From the IMG/VR virus record IMGVR_UViG_3300037755_000799: a stretch of DNA of 20,000 nt; one strand, written 5' to 3'. Below, piece by piece: positions 1 to 9,479 of this stretch. A program made the translations under genes and the position numbers. The first letter of the stretch is position 1. The number at the start of each line of letters is the position of its first letter. The notes below the pieces were generated by a model. The model did no database searches and was not told the DNA's origin. It worked only from the letters and a program-made list of their open reading frames with translations. Origin of the DNA: an uncultured virus (IMG/VR IMGVR_UViG_3300037755_000799). Its lineage: Duplodnaviria; Heunggongvirae; Uroviricota; Caudoviricetes.

Positions 1-1
1 G

Positions 2-118
2 ACGCTGGCGAACGAGGTGCTCCTCACGGACTACGCGCTGACGCGTGCGCAGTCCGGCGAGTTCACGTGGTCGGTGCCGTTCCAGCTCGCGGACGGATCG
101 GTACCAACTTGGGCGTAA
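2..118 (+). CDS. Major tail (tube) protein, C-terminal fragment (5' truncated by window)
   Basis: Frame 2 reads TLANEVLLTDYALTRAQSGEFTWSVPFQLADGSVPTWA* (TAA 116-118). Its position directly upstream of the chaperone and tape measure genes is the canonical major tail slot. Confidence 0.7.
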   Translation, partial: TLANEVLLTDYALTRAQSGEFTWSVPFQLADGSVPTWA

Positions 119-154
119 CGGACATTCGTCTACCTACTGATTGGAGGTGCGGCC

Positions 155-553
155 GTGGGATTCCGCGAGCAGCCCAACACCATCACCCTCGCCTTCGCCG
201 AGGACGACGAACTCCACGGCCTCGAAGCCACCTTGCAAGGCATGAGCATCGGCGAGTTCATGTCCTCCATGGGCTGGGATGGCGGCGACGGCGACGACAC
301 AGGCAAGACCATGGAGCGGTTCCACAAGGCGCTCATCTCCTGGAACCTCGAAGACGCCGACGGCCAGCCCATCCCCGTGAGCGCATCCCGCGAACGCCCC
401 CACCGGCTGATCCTCCGCCTCAACAACGCGTACGTCGAAGCGTTGACGGGGGTCCACAAGTCCGACCCTTTGCCCGACAGCTCCACCTCTGGCGAGAACT
501 CCCCGGCGCCCGCAATTCCGATGGCTCCCTTGTCGGAGAGCCAGGCCAGCTAG
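155..553 (+). CDS. Tail assembly chaperone (gpG-like), 132 aa
   Basis: GGAGG RBS before GTG 155; acidic protein with LISWNLED motif; lies between major tail and tape measure genes; contains an in-frame slippery heptamer. Confidence 0.8.
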   Translation: MGFREQPNTITLAFAEDDELHGLEATLQGMSIGEFMSSMGWDGGDGDDTGKTMERFHKALISWNLEDADGQPIPVSASRERPHRLILRLNNAYVEALTGVHKSDPLPDSSTSGENSPAPAIPMAPLSESQAS

Positions 554-723
554 CCCACGCCCGCTGGGTCCTCGGCCTGCTGCGCCAGTTCCCGAACTAC
601 ACCTACACGACGCTCATGCAGGAAGACACCCGCTTCCTGCGCCTGCTCGCTGTTGAAGCCCTCGGCACACCCGACGAACCCGACACCCTGGAAGGAGGCG
701 ACACATGGCCGGAGACGATGTAG
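155..723 (+). CDS. Frameshifted tail assembly chaperone (gpGT-like, about 189 aa) via -1 shift at C CCT TTG (466-472)
   Basis: X XXY YYZ heptamer in the correct phase. The -1 frame is open to TAG 721-723 (…ARWVLGLLRQFPNYTYTTLMQEDTRFLRLLAVEALG…) and fills the gap to the tape measure gene with no obvious RBS/start of its own. Confidence 0.75.
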
Positions 724-3700
724 ACATTCGGGTCCGGGCTACCAGCGCGCAGGCGCAGCGGGCGTTCCGTGACCTGAAAGACCAGGTCGCCGGGCTGAAG
801 GGCGCGCTGATCCCGCTCGCGTCGGCGGCGGTCCCGGTCGCCGCATCCATGACGGCGGTGACGGCGAAGGCGGGCGGCGCAACCCTGGCGGTGGCTGCGT
901 TCGGTGCCGCGGTGGCCGGGCAGGTGTCGCATCTGTCGGCGGCAGCCGACGCGCAGACCAAGTACTCGGATGCGGTCGTCAAGTCGGGGCGCGGGTCGAA
1001 GGAAGCAGCCGAGGCGCAGCGGGCGATACAGGCCACGCTCGCGGCGATGCCCGTCTCGACGGCACGGGCCGCGGTCGGCCTGCAAACGTTGAAGAGCGGC
1101 TTCCAGGACTGGTCGGACTCCATAGCCGATTTCACGATGACGCCGGTGGAGAAGTCGTTCACGCTCCTCAACGAGCTGGTGCCGAAGCTGACGCCGATGG
1201 CGCGGGGCGCGTCCGAGCAACTGGACCGACTGGTGACAGTCGCCGGTGGCGCGGTGGGATCGCCAGGCTTCGACGCGTTCTCCGACCGGGTGTCCACCTT
1301 CGCGAACTCTGCGCTGAAGGACGCGGTCGACGGGATCATCGGCTTCTCGCGGGCCTTGTCCGAGGGGCGCGCGGACGGCCCGGTCAAGGCGTTCATGGAC
1401 TACGCCGCACAGAACGGGCCCGCCGTGCGGGAGACGATGTCCACGCTCGGGGACGCGGTGGCCACGCTCGCGGAGGCGGCCGCGGACGCCGGCCCGGGGA
1501 TGCTCACCCTCGTGAACGCGGCGGCCGGCCTGGTGGCTGCTCTGCCGCCCGGTCTGGTCACGGTGCTGATGCAGACCGCGGTGGCTTTGAAGGCCGTGTC
1601 GCTGGCGGGTGCGGGTGCGGCGGCGATTGCTAGTGGTGTGGCGGCGCTGGGGGCGCGGATCACAGCGTTGGGCGCGGCGTCGGCTGCTGCGGGCGGTGGC
1701 CTGGCGGGGTTCAATGCGGCGTTGAACACGCTGGGTACGGGCGGTAAGGCGATGCTCGCGGCCGGTGCTGTGGGGGCGCTGGTGCTGGTCATGCATCAGT
1801 TGTCGGACAACAAGGCGCCGGTGGCGGTGGATGAGTTGTCGACGTCGCTGAACACTTTGGCGACCACGGGCCAGGTGACGGGCGCGTTGAAGGGCAACTT
1901 CGACGAGATGTCCGCGAGCATCGCGATGGTGTCGAAGGGCGCCTCCGACAACAAGTTCTTGCAGCTCACCTCCGACATGGGTACGTGGCTCGGGATTGCG
2001 ACGGGCCCCAGCATTTCCGATGCGGTCAAGAACGTTGACGCGTGGGATAAGACGATGGCGAACAACGTCCGCTCGGGCAACGTTACGGAGGCGGCTGCTC
2101 AGTACGAGATCCTGCGTAAGGCGTGGCTTGCGGGCGACGGTGATCTGAAGGAGTTGGACGAGGCCACCAACGACTACAAGAACGCGCTCGCGGACCAGGC
2201 GTTCGAGCAGGAGCACGCGGTTCAGAGCATGGGTGTCTTCGGGCAGGCGGCGTTGGATACGTCGGCGAAGTTGGAGGCGCAGAAGGAGTCCGCGGACGGG
2301 CTGCGCGCGAGCATCCTCGCCCTGAACGACGTCAACCGCAGTGCGCATGACGCGCAGACCCAGTTCGGGGAAGCACTGGACGGGCTCACCGCCTCCTTCA
2401 AGGAGCACGGTGCGACGCTGAGTGCCGACACTGAGGCAGGCCGGGCGAACCGTGATGCGATGTCCGCGGCGTCTGCGGCGCAGGATGAGCTGCTCGCCTC
2501 CGGGATCGCGGCGGGCGATTCGCTGGGGTCGATGACGAAGAAGTCCGAGGAACTCCGCGCCGAGATGATGCGCCTCGCTGTGGACGCCTTCGACGGGAAC
2601 AAGAAGAAAGCCCGCGAGTACGTCGATGAACTGCTCGGCACTCCGAGCGACATCAAGACCCTGGTGAAGCTGGAGCGCGAGGAAGCCATCACCGGGCTGA
2701 AGGACGTCCAGGCCGAGATCGAGAAGACGCCGGGCGCGAAGAAGGTCACGGTGGACACCCTCAACGGTGCTGCGATCGCGGCGCTGGAGAAGGTCGGGCT
2801 GAAGACGAAGCAACTCCCCGACGGCAAGACGCAGGTGTTCACCGCGAACGGCCAGGCCCTCGGCCCCATCGGCTCGGTCCGGCAAGCCCTGGACAGCCTC
2901 AACGGCAAGACCGCCAACACGTACGTCAAGACCACCTACACCCGCCAGTACAACTACGCGGGCGTCGGCGCGGGCACCGCACGCTCCGGCCTCGCCGCAG
3001 GCGGCCGCGTCAAGGGCTACGCAGACGGCGGTGAACTCCAGCACTTCCCCAACGGCGGCTACATCCAAGGGCCGGGCGGCCCGCGCTCGGACAGCATCCT
3101 CGCCACGATGGGGTCCGGGGCGATGGCCCAGGTGTCGGACACCGAGTACGTAGTGCAGTCAGCGGCGGTGAAGAAATACGGGGTCCAGTTCCTCGACGCC
3201 CTCAACCAGGGCCGACTGAAGGTGGCAGCACTTGCCCGCGGCGGCGTCACCAAGAAGGAACGCGAGGCGCGCAAGCAAGCCCGCGGTGAGCTGACCATCT
3301 CCCACTTCGGGAAGATGGCCGGCTTCCAGGACCCCGAGTTCCGCAACCAACTGTCCAGCGACGCGAACGACACCGTGATGGACATGGTGAAACACCTCAA
3401 CAAATGGCGCTCCGTCATCAAGAAGACGACGCACGGATTCGAGGAATCCCGGCTCACACGCTGGCTTGACCTGACCGGCAGAGCGCTGATCCGCCAGCAG
3501 GGCATTCTCGTGAAGACCAACAAGTCTTTGGAGAAGGCCAAGGACAAGCTCGACGGACTGAAGGACGCCGCCGGACAGCTCAAGAGCGGCGTGAAGTCGG
3601 GGATCATCAGCGGCGCCAACCTGACCCGCGCGGCGACGGCTGAGGACTCGCAGGTCACCATCAACACTCTCCTCAGTCAGGCCCGCGGGGACGCAGCGCA

Positions 3701-4349
3701 GGCCGGCGAGTTCGAAAGAGCGTTGGCGACGCTGAAGAAGCGTGGCGCGTCCGGCCGGGTCATTGAGCAGATTGCGGGCGCGGGCGTCACCGGCGGCGGC
3801 CTGGAGACGGCGCGCGCACTGCTGGGCGCAGACAAGGGGCAGATCAAGGAGCTCAACGTTCTCAACCAGTCCATCCGTCAGTCGGCGGACGACGCGGGTG
3901 ACGTGGCCGCGGACGCCATGTACGGGGCTGGGATCAAGGCCGCGCAGGGTTTGGTGAAGGGCCTGGACAGCTACCGCAAGGTGATCGAAGCGGGCATGGA
4001 ACGCATCGCCAAGAGCATGGAGCGGGGCATCAAAAAGTCGTTGAAGATCAAGTCTCCGTCGCAGGTGATGGAGACGATCGGCGAGCAGACCGCGGAAGGC
4101 TTCGCGCAAGGTATCCAACGCAACCGCAATGTGCAGCCGGCGTGGGCGTCGATGCTCAACATGCCCCGCGCCGGGTCGCGTGCTTCCGCACCAGCCGGCG
4201 GCACGGCCTCGTCGGGTTGGGGTGACCGCCCCGTGGCCGTCACGTTGCAGATCGGCAATACCGAGCTCGGTGAGGTCATCATCGACCCGGTGCGGAAGGC
4301 GATTTCTACGCGGGGCGGACTCAAGCGCGTGTTCCCGAGGGACTTCTGA
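705..4349 (+). CDS. Tape measure protein, 1214 aa
   Basis: GGAGG RBS; long Ala/Gly-rich helical protein with hydrophobic stretches; N-terminal DVDIRVRA; C-terminal GGYIQGPGGPRSDSI…EYVV and IKSPSQVM motifs typical of actinophage tape measure proteins; follows the chaperone. Confidence 0.92.
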   Translation: MAGDDVDIRVRATSAQAQRAFRDLKDQVAGLKGALIPLASAAVPVAASMTAVTAKAGGATLAVAAFGAAVAGQVSHLSAAADAQTKYSDAVVKSGRGSKEAAEAQRAIQATLAAMPVSTARAAVGLQTLKSGFQDWSDSIADFTMTPVEKSFTLLNELVPKLTPMARGASEQLDRLVTVAGGAVGSPGFDAFSDRVSTFANSALKDAVDGIIGFSRALSEGRADGPVKAFMDYAAQNGPAVRETMSTLGDAVATLAEAAADAGPGMLTLVNAAAGLVAALPPGLVTVLMQTAVALKAVSLAGAGAAAIASGVAALGARITALGAASAAAGGGLAGFNAALNTLGTGGKAMLAAGAVGALVLVMHQLSDNKAPVAVDELSTSLNTLATTGQVTGALKGNFDEMSASIAMVSKGASDNKFLQLTSDMGTWLGIATGPSISDAVKNVDAWDKTMANNVRSGNVTEAAAQYEILRKAWLAGDGDLKELDEATNDYKNALADQAFEQEHAVQSMGVFGQAALDTSAKLEAQKESADGLRASILALNDVNRSAHDAQTQFGEALDGLTASFKEHGATLSADTEAGRANRDAMSAASAAQDELLASGIAAGDSLGSMTKKSEELRAEMMRLAVDAFDGNKKKAREYVDELLGTPSDIKTLVKLEREEAITGLKDVQAEIEKTPGAKKVTVDTLNGAAIAALEKVGLKTKQLPDGKTQVFTANGQALGPIGSVRQALDSLNGKTANTYVKTTYTRQYNYAGVGAGTARSGLAAGGRVKGYADGGELQHFPNGGYIQGPGGPRSDSILATMGSGAMAQVSDTEYVVQSAAVKKYGVQFLDALNQGRLKVAALARGGVTKKEREARKQARGELTISHFGKMAGFQDPEFRNQLSSDANDTVMDMVKHLNKWRSVIKKTTHGFEESRLTRWLDLTGRALIRQQGILVKTNKSLEKAKDKLDGLKDAAGQLKSGVKSGIISGANLTRAATAEDSQVTINTLLSQARGDAAQAGEFERALATLKKRGASGRVIEQIAGAGVTGGGLETARALLGADKGQIKELNVLNQSIRQSADDAGDVAADAMYGAGIKAAQGLVKGLDSYRKVIEAGMERIAKSMERGIKKSLKIKSPSQVMETIGEQTAEGFAQGIQRNRNVQPAWASMLNMPRAGSRASAPAGGTASSGWGDRPVAVTLQIGNTELGEVIIDPVRKAISTRGGLKRVFPRDF

Positions 4350-7300
4350 TGGCGTTCCCTGAGACGATCCTGCCCATCCAGGTCGACATCAGCCTCGACG
4401 GCTCGACGTGGACAGACATCACGTCCGACGTGCGCCGCGCCCAGCAGATCCGCATCACCCGCGGCCGCTCGGACTGGGGCCAGCAGGTCGACTTCGGCCG
4501 CTGCTCGTTCGCCCTGTCCAACACCGACGGCACCTACTCCCCGCGCAACCCGGAGGGCATCTACTACGGGCAGATCGGCCGCAACACCCCGGTCAGGGTG
4601 TCGGTGAACACGGGCAGCGTGGCGCTCGATCTGCCCGGATCCGCCGACGACTACATCTCGACCCCGGACGCCGCAGCCCTCGACATCGTCGGCGACATCG
4701 ACATCCGTATCGACGCGACCCTTGCGAACTGGGTACTGCACGAATACCCGTCCGCCGGAGAGACCGCCTTCCCCACAACCGAACTGATCGCGAAACGGGC
4801 TTCGGGGCAGGTGTCGTGGGGGCTGTACATCAGGCAGGGGCGACCCTATTTCGAGTGGACCACTGACGGATCCACGATCAACACGGCTCACTCCTCCTTC
4901 GATCTTCCACTGACCGCCTCGGGGCGTATCGCGCTGCGGTTCACCATGGACGTCGACAACGGCGCCAGCGGATTCGACATCGCGTTCTACACGTCGGACA
5001 CGATCGACGGGACGTGGACGGAACTTGATTCCGGCACGACCGCGGGGACGACGTCGATCCACAGCGGAACAGCAGATCTGAAGATCGGCGACTGCGACGA
5101 GTCGGCTCTGCGGAAGCCGGCGCTGGGGCTGGTGCATGCTGCGCAGGTGTATTCCGGGATCGACGGGACGCTCGTCGCCAACCCGGATTTCACCGCACAG
5201 TCGGACGGGGCCACGTCGTTCAACGACTCGACAGGGATCACCTGGACAGTCGCCGGAAACACGGAGATCACCAACAGGAAAACGCGGTTCGTCGGCGAGA
5301 TCGCCTCCTGGACTCCACGCTGGGAAACCGGCGGCCTCGATGTCGTGACCGAAGTAGAGGCCGCGGGTGTCATGCGACGTCTCGGCGTAGGCGTTGTCCC
5401 CACCAAGAGTGTGATGTACCGCGAGATGACGGCACCCGGTCGCATCGACGCGGGGATCGTCGCCTGCTGGCCGATGGAAGACGGTGGGAGCGCCACCGAG
5501 TTCGCGTCCGCGTTTGACGGGCATCCGGCGATACAGATCACCGGCACGGTGACGCCGGCGGCGTACGACGACTGGGTGGCATCCAGTGCGGTTGCGACGG
5601 TTGGTACGGGCTCGCTCAGGGTGTCGGTTCCGTCGTACACGGTCGACGCGTCAGGCCGCGGCCGCGTTGGCGTCTTTGTGAAAGTCCCTGCGGCAGGTGT
5701 GGTGTCGACGCAGCGGCTGCTCTCGATCTCGCAGAGCGGCACGGCACGGACATGGTCGGTGTTCGTCAACACTTCGGGGAATCTCGATGTGCGGGCGTAC
5801 GACGGTGACGGGACGCAGATCCATGCCTCCGGTTTCGGGGCGGACAGCGTCAACGGGCTGGAGAAATTCGTCCTGCTCATCCTGATCCAGGATGGCTCGG
5901 ACGTCGACTACGAGCTTCTCGTCGTGGACATTGCCGACTCGCTGCTGACCGCTGTCCCGGACAATGCGTTCACCTCCTTCAGCATCACGGGAACAGTGGC
6001 CTCGTACACCACTGGTCGGTTCACGCAGATCCGGTTCGGTGAAGACGGTGCGATGAACAGCACCGCGATCGGACACCTGTCAGTGGGGAACGCGGCAACC
6101 TCACACACTGGCACCGCCGGCGCGCTGGTCGGCTGGACTGCCGAGGAGGCGCCGTCCCGGGTTGCCCGCATCGGCTCCGAGGAGGACATCCACGCCTATG
6201 CGACCGGGGCCGGCGATGAGCAGTGCGGGGCGCAGCCGGGGGGTACGGCGCTGGAGCTGATGCGGGCTGCGGACGACGTCGACAAGGGCATCCTGGCCGA
6301 GCTGCGCAGTGTGCTGGGCGTCCGGCACGTCACCCGTGCATCGCTGTACGACCAGGCATCCGCGCTGACGCTGGATTACACGGGTGATGACGGGCTCGTG
6401 GCGCCGCTGGACCCGGTGGATGACGACCAGAACGTCACCAACGATGTCACCGAGGCCCGTGATGGCGGCTCGTCGGCGCGTGTCACTCTCGACACGGGGG
6501 CGTTGTCGACACTGGCCCCGCCGGACGGCATCGGCCTGTATGACACGTCGCATACGACGAACCTTTTGGACGACACGCAGCCGCTGCATCACGCCGGGTG
6601 GCGCCTCCATGTCGGTACGTGGGATGAGACCCGTCTGCCGCAGGTGACGGTGAACCTGGCGACCGCGCCGTCCAGTATCGAATCTGCCACGGCTGTCGAC
6701 GTCGGCTCCCGGATCCAGATCACGAATCCGCCGGTGTGGCTGCCGCCGGACACGCTGGATCTGATGGTGCAGGGCTACAGCGAGGTCATGGCCAATTTCG
6801 AGTGGACGGTCACCTATAACTGCACGCCGTACGGGCCGTGGCTGGTGGCGTGGGTCGGTGATGACGACACGGTGGAGCAGGAGCTGGAGTTCGCGTGGGC
6901 CGACACGGAGGGGGCGGAGCTGGCGGAGGCGCTGTCGACGACGGAGACGGACGTCGATCTGCTCACCACGTCGGGGCCGACGTGGACCGACGATGTGGGC
7001 GATACCCCGTTCGACTGGCGGGTGGGCGGCGAAGTCATGACCGTCACCGCACCGGGCGGCCTGCTGAACGAGAATCCGTTCTTCGACGCGGACACGACCG
7101 ACTGGAGCGGGAACAACACGACGATCGCACGCTCCACCGCGCAGGTGCTTCCGCATCCACGCGCTGTCGCGTCGTTGCTCATCACGCCGAACGGGTCATC
7201 CGCCACTGGTGATGCCCGCTGTACACAGACAGCGGTCGGCAGCATCCAGCCCGGGGCTTCCTACACGGCGTCTTTGTGGGCGTACAGTCCCGGCGGGTGG

Positions 7301-8245
7301 GATGAGCTGCAACCGGCCGTGAACTGGCATGAGTCCGATGGGACGTACATATCGACCAGCTCAACAGGTGGGGGGTTCGCGGTCGCGGCTGGTGTCTGGA
7401 CGTATCTGGAGGCGACGTTCACGGCTCCGGCAACCTCGTCCAGGGCTGTGATGCTGGCGCTCCACAGTGACACGCCGGACGCGGCGGACACCTGGCATGT
7501 GTGGGGGGCCCGGATCACCCACGCCACGTCCTCGGCGGTGCATGACTCGTTCACCCGCAGCGAGACGAACAGTTGGGGCACGGCTGATTCCGGACAGACG
7601 TGGACGAACACCGGTGCGGCGGCGGGGAACTTCGATGTCGATGGCGCTGAGGGAACCCACACCCTGACGGCGGTCAACTCGGCGCACCGGTCATCCGTCA
7701 CGGCGCCCAGTGCTGACTTCGACATCTACGTGGATATCGCAACCGACGCTCTGGCTGCGGGTGGTGCGCTGTATGCGGGGCCGATGGCCCGCTATACGGA
7801 TGTCAACAACCTGTATGTGGCGAGGGTGGCGTTCTCCACCACGCAGACGATAACGCTGGTCATTTTCAAGCGGGTTGCTGCCGCTCAGACGAATCTCGTG
7901 TCGTTTACGACGCGGTTGACGCATGTCGCGGGGACGTTTGTCCGGGTGCGGTTCCAGGGGTTCGGCACTGCGTTGAAGGCGAAGGTGTGGGAGGCCAGTG
8001 AGCTGGAGCCGGGGCCGTGGCAGGCGGAGGTCACTGATTCTTCCCTGACTGGTGCGGCGAGTCTGGGTTGCTGGTCGCTCGCTGATGCTGCGAACACCAA
8101 CACCAACCCGGTCATCAGCTTCGACAACTTCGATCTTGCCAATCCGCAGACGTACACGGTGAGCCGCTCTCAGAACGGTGTCGTCAAAACCCACAGTGCG
8201 GACACGGATGTTGTTCTCGCCTATCCCGCTTATGTGGGTCTCTAG
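4349..8245 (+). CDS. Large minor tail / tail-tip protein with probable lectin-like (LamG-type) and carbohydrate-binding beta-sandwich domains, 1298 aa
   Basis: TGATG overlap with the tape measure stop; N-terminal WTDITSDVR…ITRGRS…LSNTDGTYSPRNP hub-like motif; Thr/Gly/Trp-rich beta regions; LNENPFFDADTTDW resembles a CBM4/9-like start. Confidence 0.8.
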   Translation: MAFPETILPIQVDISLDGSTWTDITSDVRRAQQIRITRGRSDWGQQVDFGRCSFALSNTDGTYSPRNPEGIYYGQIGRNTPVRVSVNTGSVALDLPGSADDYISTPDAAALDIVGDIDIRIDATLANWVLHEYPSAGETAFPTTELIAKRASGQVSWGLYIRQGRPYFEWTTDGSTINTAHSSFDLPLTASGRIALRFTMDVDNGASGFDIAFYTSDTIDGTWTELDSGTTAGTTSIHSGTADLKIGDCDESALRKPALGLVHAAQVYSGIDGTLVANPDFTAQSDGATSFNDSTGITWTVAGNTEITNRKTRFVGEIASWTPRWETGGLDVVTEVEAAGVMRRLGVGVVPTKSVMYREMTAPGRIDAGIVACWPMEDGGSATEFASAFDGHPAIQITGTVTPAAYDDWVASSAVATVGTGSLRVSVPSYTVDASGRGRVGVFVKVPAAGVVSTQRLLSISQSGTARTWSVFVNTSGNLDVRAYDGDGTQIHASGFGADSVNGLEKFVLLILIQDGSDVDYELLVVDIADSLLTAVPDNAFTSFSITGTVASYTTGRFTQIRFGEDGAMNSTAIGHLSVGNAATSHTGTAGALVGWTAEEAPSRVARIGSEEDIHAYATGAGDEQCGAQPGGTALELMRAADDVDKGILAELRSVLGVRHVTRASLYDQASALTLDYTGDDGLVAPLDPVDDDQNVTNDVTEARDGGSSARVTLDTGALSTLAPPDGIGLYDTSHTTNLLDDTQPLHHAGWRLHVGTWDETRLPQVTVNLATAPSSIESATAVDVGSRIQITNPPVWLPPDTLDLMVQGYSEVMANFEWTVTYNCTPYGPWLVAWVGDDDTVEQELEFAWADTEGAELAEALSTTETDVDLLTTSGPTWTDDVGDTPFDWRVGGEVMTVTAPGGLLNENPFFDADTTDWSGNNTTIARSTAQVLPHPRAVASLLITPNGSSATGDARCTQTAVGSIQPGASYTASLWAYSPGGWDELQPAVNWHESDGTYISTSSTGGGFAVAAGVWTYLEATFTAPATSSRAVMLALHSDTPDAADTWHVWGARITHATSSAVHDSFTRSETNSWGTADSGQTWTNTGAAAGNFDVDGAEGTHTLTAVNSAHRSSVTAPSADFDIYVDIATDALAAGGALYAGPMARYTDVNNLYVARVAFSTTQTITLVIFKRVAAAQTNLVSFTTRLTHVAGTFVRVRFQGFGTALKAKVWEASELEPGPWQAEVTDSSLTGAASLGCWSLADAANTNTNPVISFDNFDLANPQTYTVSRSQNGVVKTHSADTDVVLAYPAYVGL

Positions 8246-8254
8246 GAGGTTGTC

Positions 8255-8752
8255 GTGGCTGTAACAGCATGGCGGGCAGGTGCCCGTATTACCGCGACCA
8301 GGCTTGGGGAGATGCTGCCCGTCTGGGCGGCGTGGACGCCCACCTGGACGGCCACCAACGGTACGGCTCCTGCTTATGGGAATGCGACCGTGGACTGCAA
8401 GTACGCGCAGAGTGGTGACGTCGTGTTCTTCGAGATGGAGATCACGTTCGGGAGCACCACGACGTTCGGTACTGCTGCCAACGACTCCAACTGGAGGTTC
8501 ACGCTGCCGGTGACGGCCGGGGAAACCCAGTTGATCGCAGGGTATGGCGAGGTCCAGGACGGCGCCGATTCGGCAGAGCGCTGGCCGATTCGCGCCCGCG
8601 TTGTCGCCACCACCGATCTCTCTCTCGAAACGTCCGGGCGGAATTACAACGACACTGCCAACACCAACAACGGTCTCATTGACCCGGTGACTCCGCTCAC
8701 CTGGGCCGACGGAGACCGGTTCCTGCTGCACGGCCACTACCAAGCAGCGTAA
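8255..8752 (+). CDS. Minor tail protein, 165 aa
   Basis: AGGAGG RBS; WRAGARITATRL N-terminus and WTPTWT…YGNATVDCKY…WRFTLPV motifs typical of actinophage small tail proteins. Confidence 0.7.
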   Translation: MAVTAWRAGARITATRLGEMLPVWAAWTPTWTATNGTAPAYGNATVDCKYAQSGDVVFFEMEITFGSTTTFGTAANDSNWRFTLPVTAGETQLIAGYGEVQDGADSAERWPIRARVVATTDLSLETSGRNYNDTANTNNGLIDPVTPLTWADGDRFLLHGHYQAA

Positions 8753-8770
8753 ATAGTAAAGGAGTACCAA

Positions 8771-8998
8771 ATGGCAATACAGACGCGCCACGTCGGAGTC
8801 ACCTACACGATGACCGTTGTGGACACGACGAACTACGAGACTGTAAGGCAGGCATGGTTCAGCTCCGGCGTGACAGAGGCTGAGGTCTGGGCCGCAGGTG
8901 ATGATATGGCGGCCAACCTGGAGAGCCAGGTTCCGTCGCTCGACTTCGAGGTCCGTGTCTATGAAGTGCAGGACGACGTCCAACTGACGCACCCCTAA
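8771..8998 (+). CDS. Hypothetical protein, 75 aa
   Basis: AAGGAG RBS and ATG; packs tightly between neighbours in the late operon. Confidence 0.65.
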   Translation: MAIQTRHVGVTYTMTVVDTTNYETVRQAWFSSGVTEAEVWAAGDDMAANLESQVPSLDFEVRVYEVQDDVQLTHP

Positions 8999-9016
8999 AC
9001 AGGAAGGTGCGCTTTC

Positions 9017-9469
9017 ATGGCCACCCAGTGCAAGCTCTACACCAACCAGCCGCAGACCATCGAGCCGGGCACCTGGACTGCCGTCCGCTTCGACCAAGTC
9101 CTGCGCAATGACGGCGGCATGTATCAGGGCACCGGAGACGTCACCGACCCGGAGTCCGCGCTGATCATGCCGCCGGATGACGGGGACTTCCTGTGGCTGC
9201 GCTTCGTGCACTGGGCCGCCATCACCATCCCGGACGGCGATTGCCGGGAGCGGCAGTTCCTCGCCCAGTTCGCCCGCGACCCGTACACGGTGCCGGACAC
9301 GACGGGCACGACCGACGCCGACCACACCGCGGGCAAGCAGTTCCACCTCGCCTCATGGGCGTTCTACGGCCGCGACGGCCAGCCGGTGGCGGTGCGGGTG
9401 TGGCACGACCATCACGAGCCGGTGGACATCGTGCACGCCCAGTTCGTCGCAATGACGTGGGACTACTGA
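9017..9469 (+). CDS. Hypothetical beta-rich protein (possible tail-associated), 150 aa
   Basis: Purine-rich AGGAAGG upstream, strong GC3 codon bias, located between tail and lysis genes. Confidence 0.7.
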   Translation: MATQCKLYTNQPQTIEPGTWTAVRFDQVLRNDGGMYQGTGDVTDPESALIMPPDDGDFLWLRFVHWAAITIPDGDCRERQFLAQFARDPYTVPDTTGTTDADHTAGKQFHLASWAFYGRDGQPVAVRVWHDHHEPVDIVHAQFVAMTWDY

Positions 9470-9479
9470 GGGGGTTGCT

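Noticed and set aside
67..465. 5' part of the 218-aa ORF 67-723 as an independent gene
   Set aside because: Arg/His-rich off-frame translation overlapping the chaperone; only the part after the slippery site looks coding.
603..3068. 821-aa minus-strand ORF and other long antisense ORFs (3971-5524, 7691-9346, 13600-14859, 16563-17927)
   Set aside because: Shadow ORFs opposite well-supported genes, typical of high-GC codon bias; no motifs or RBS.
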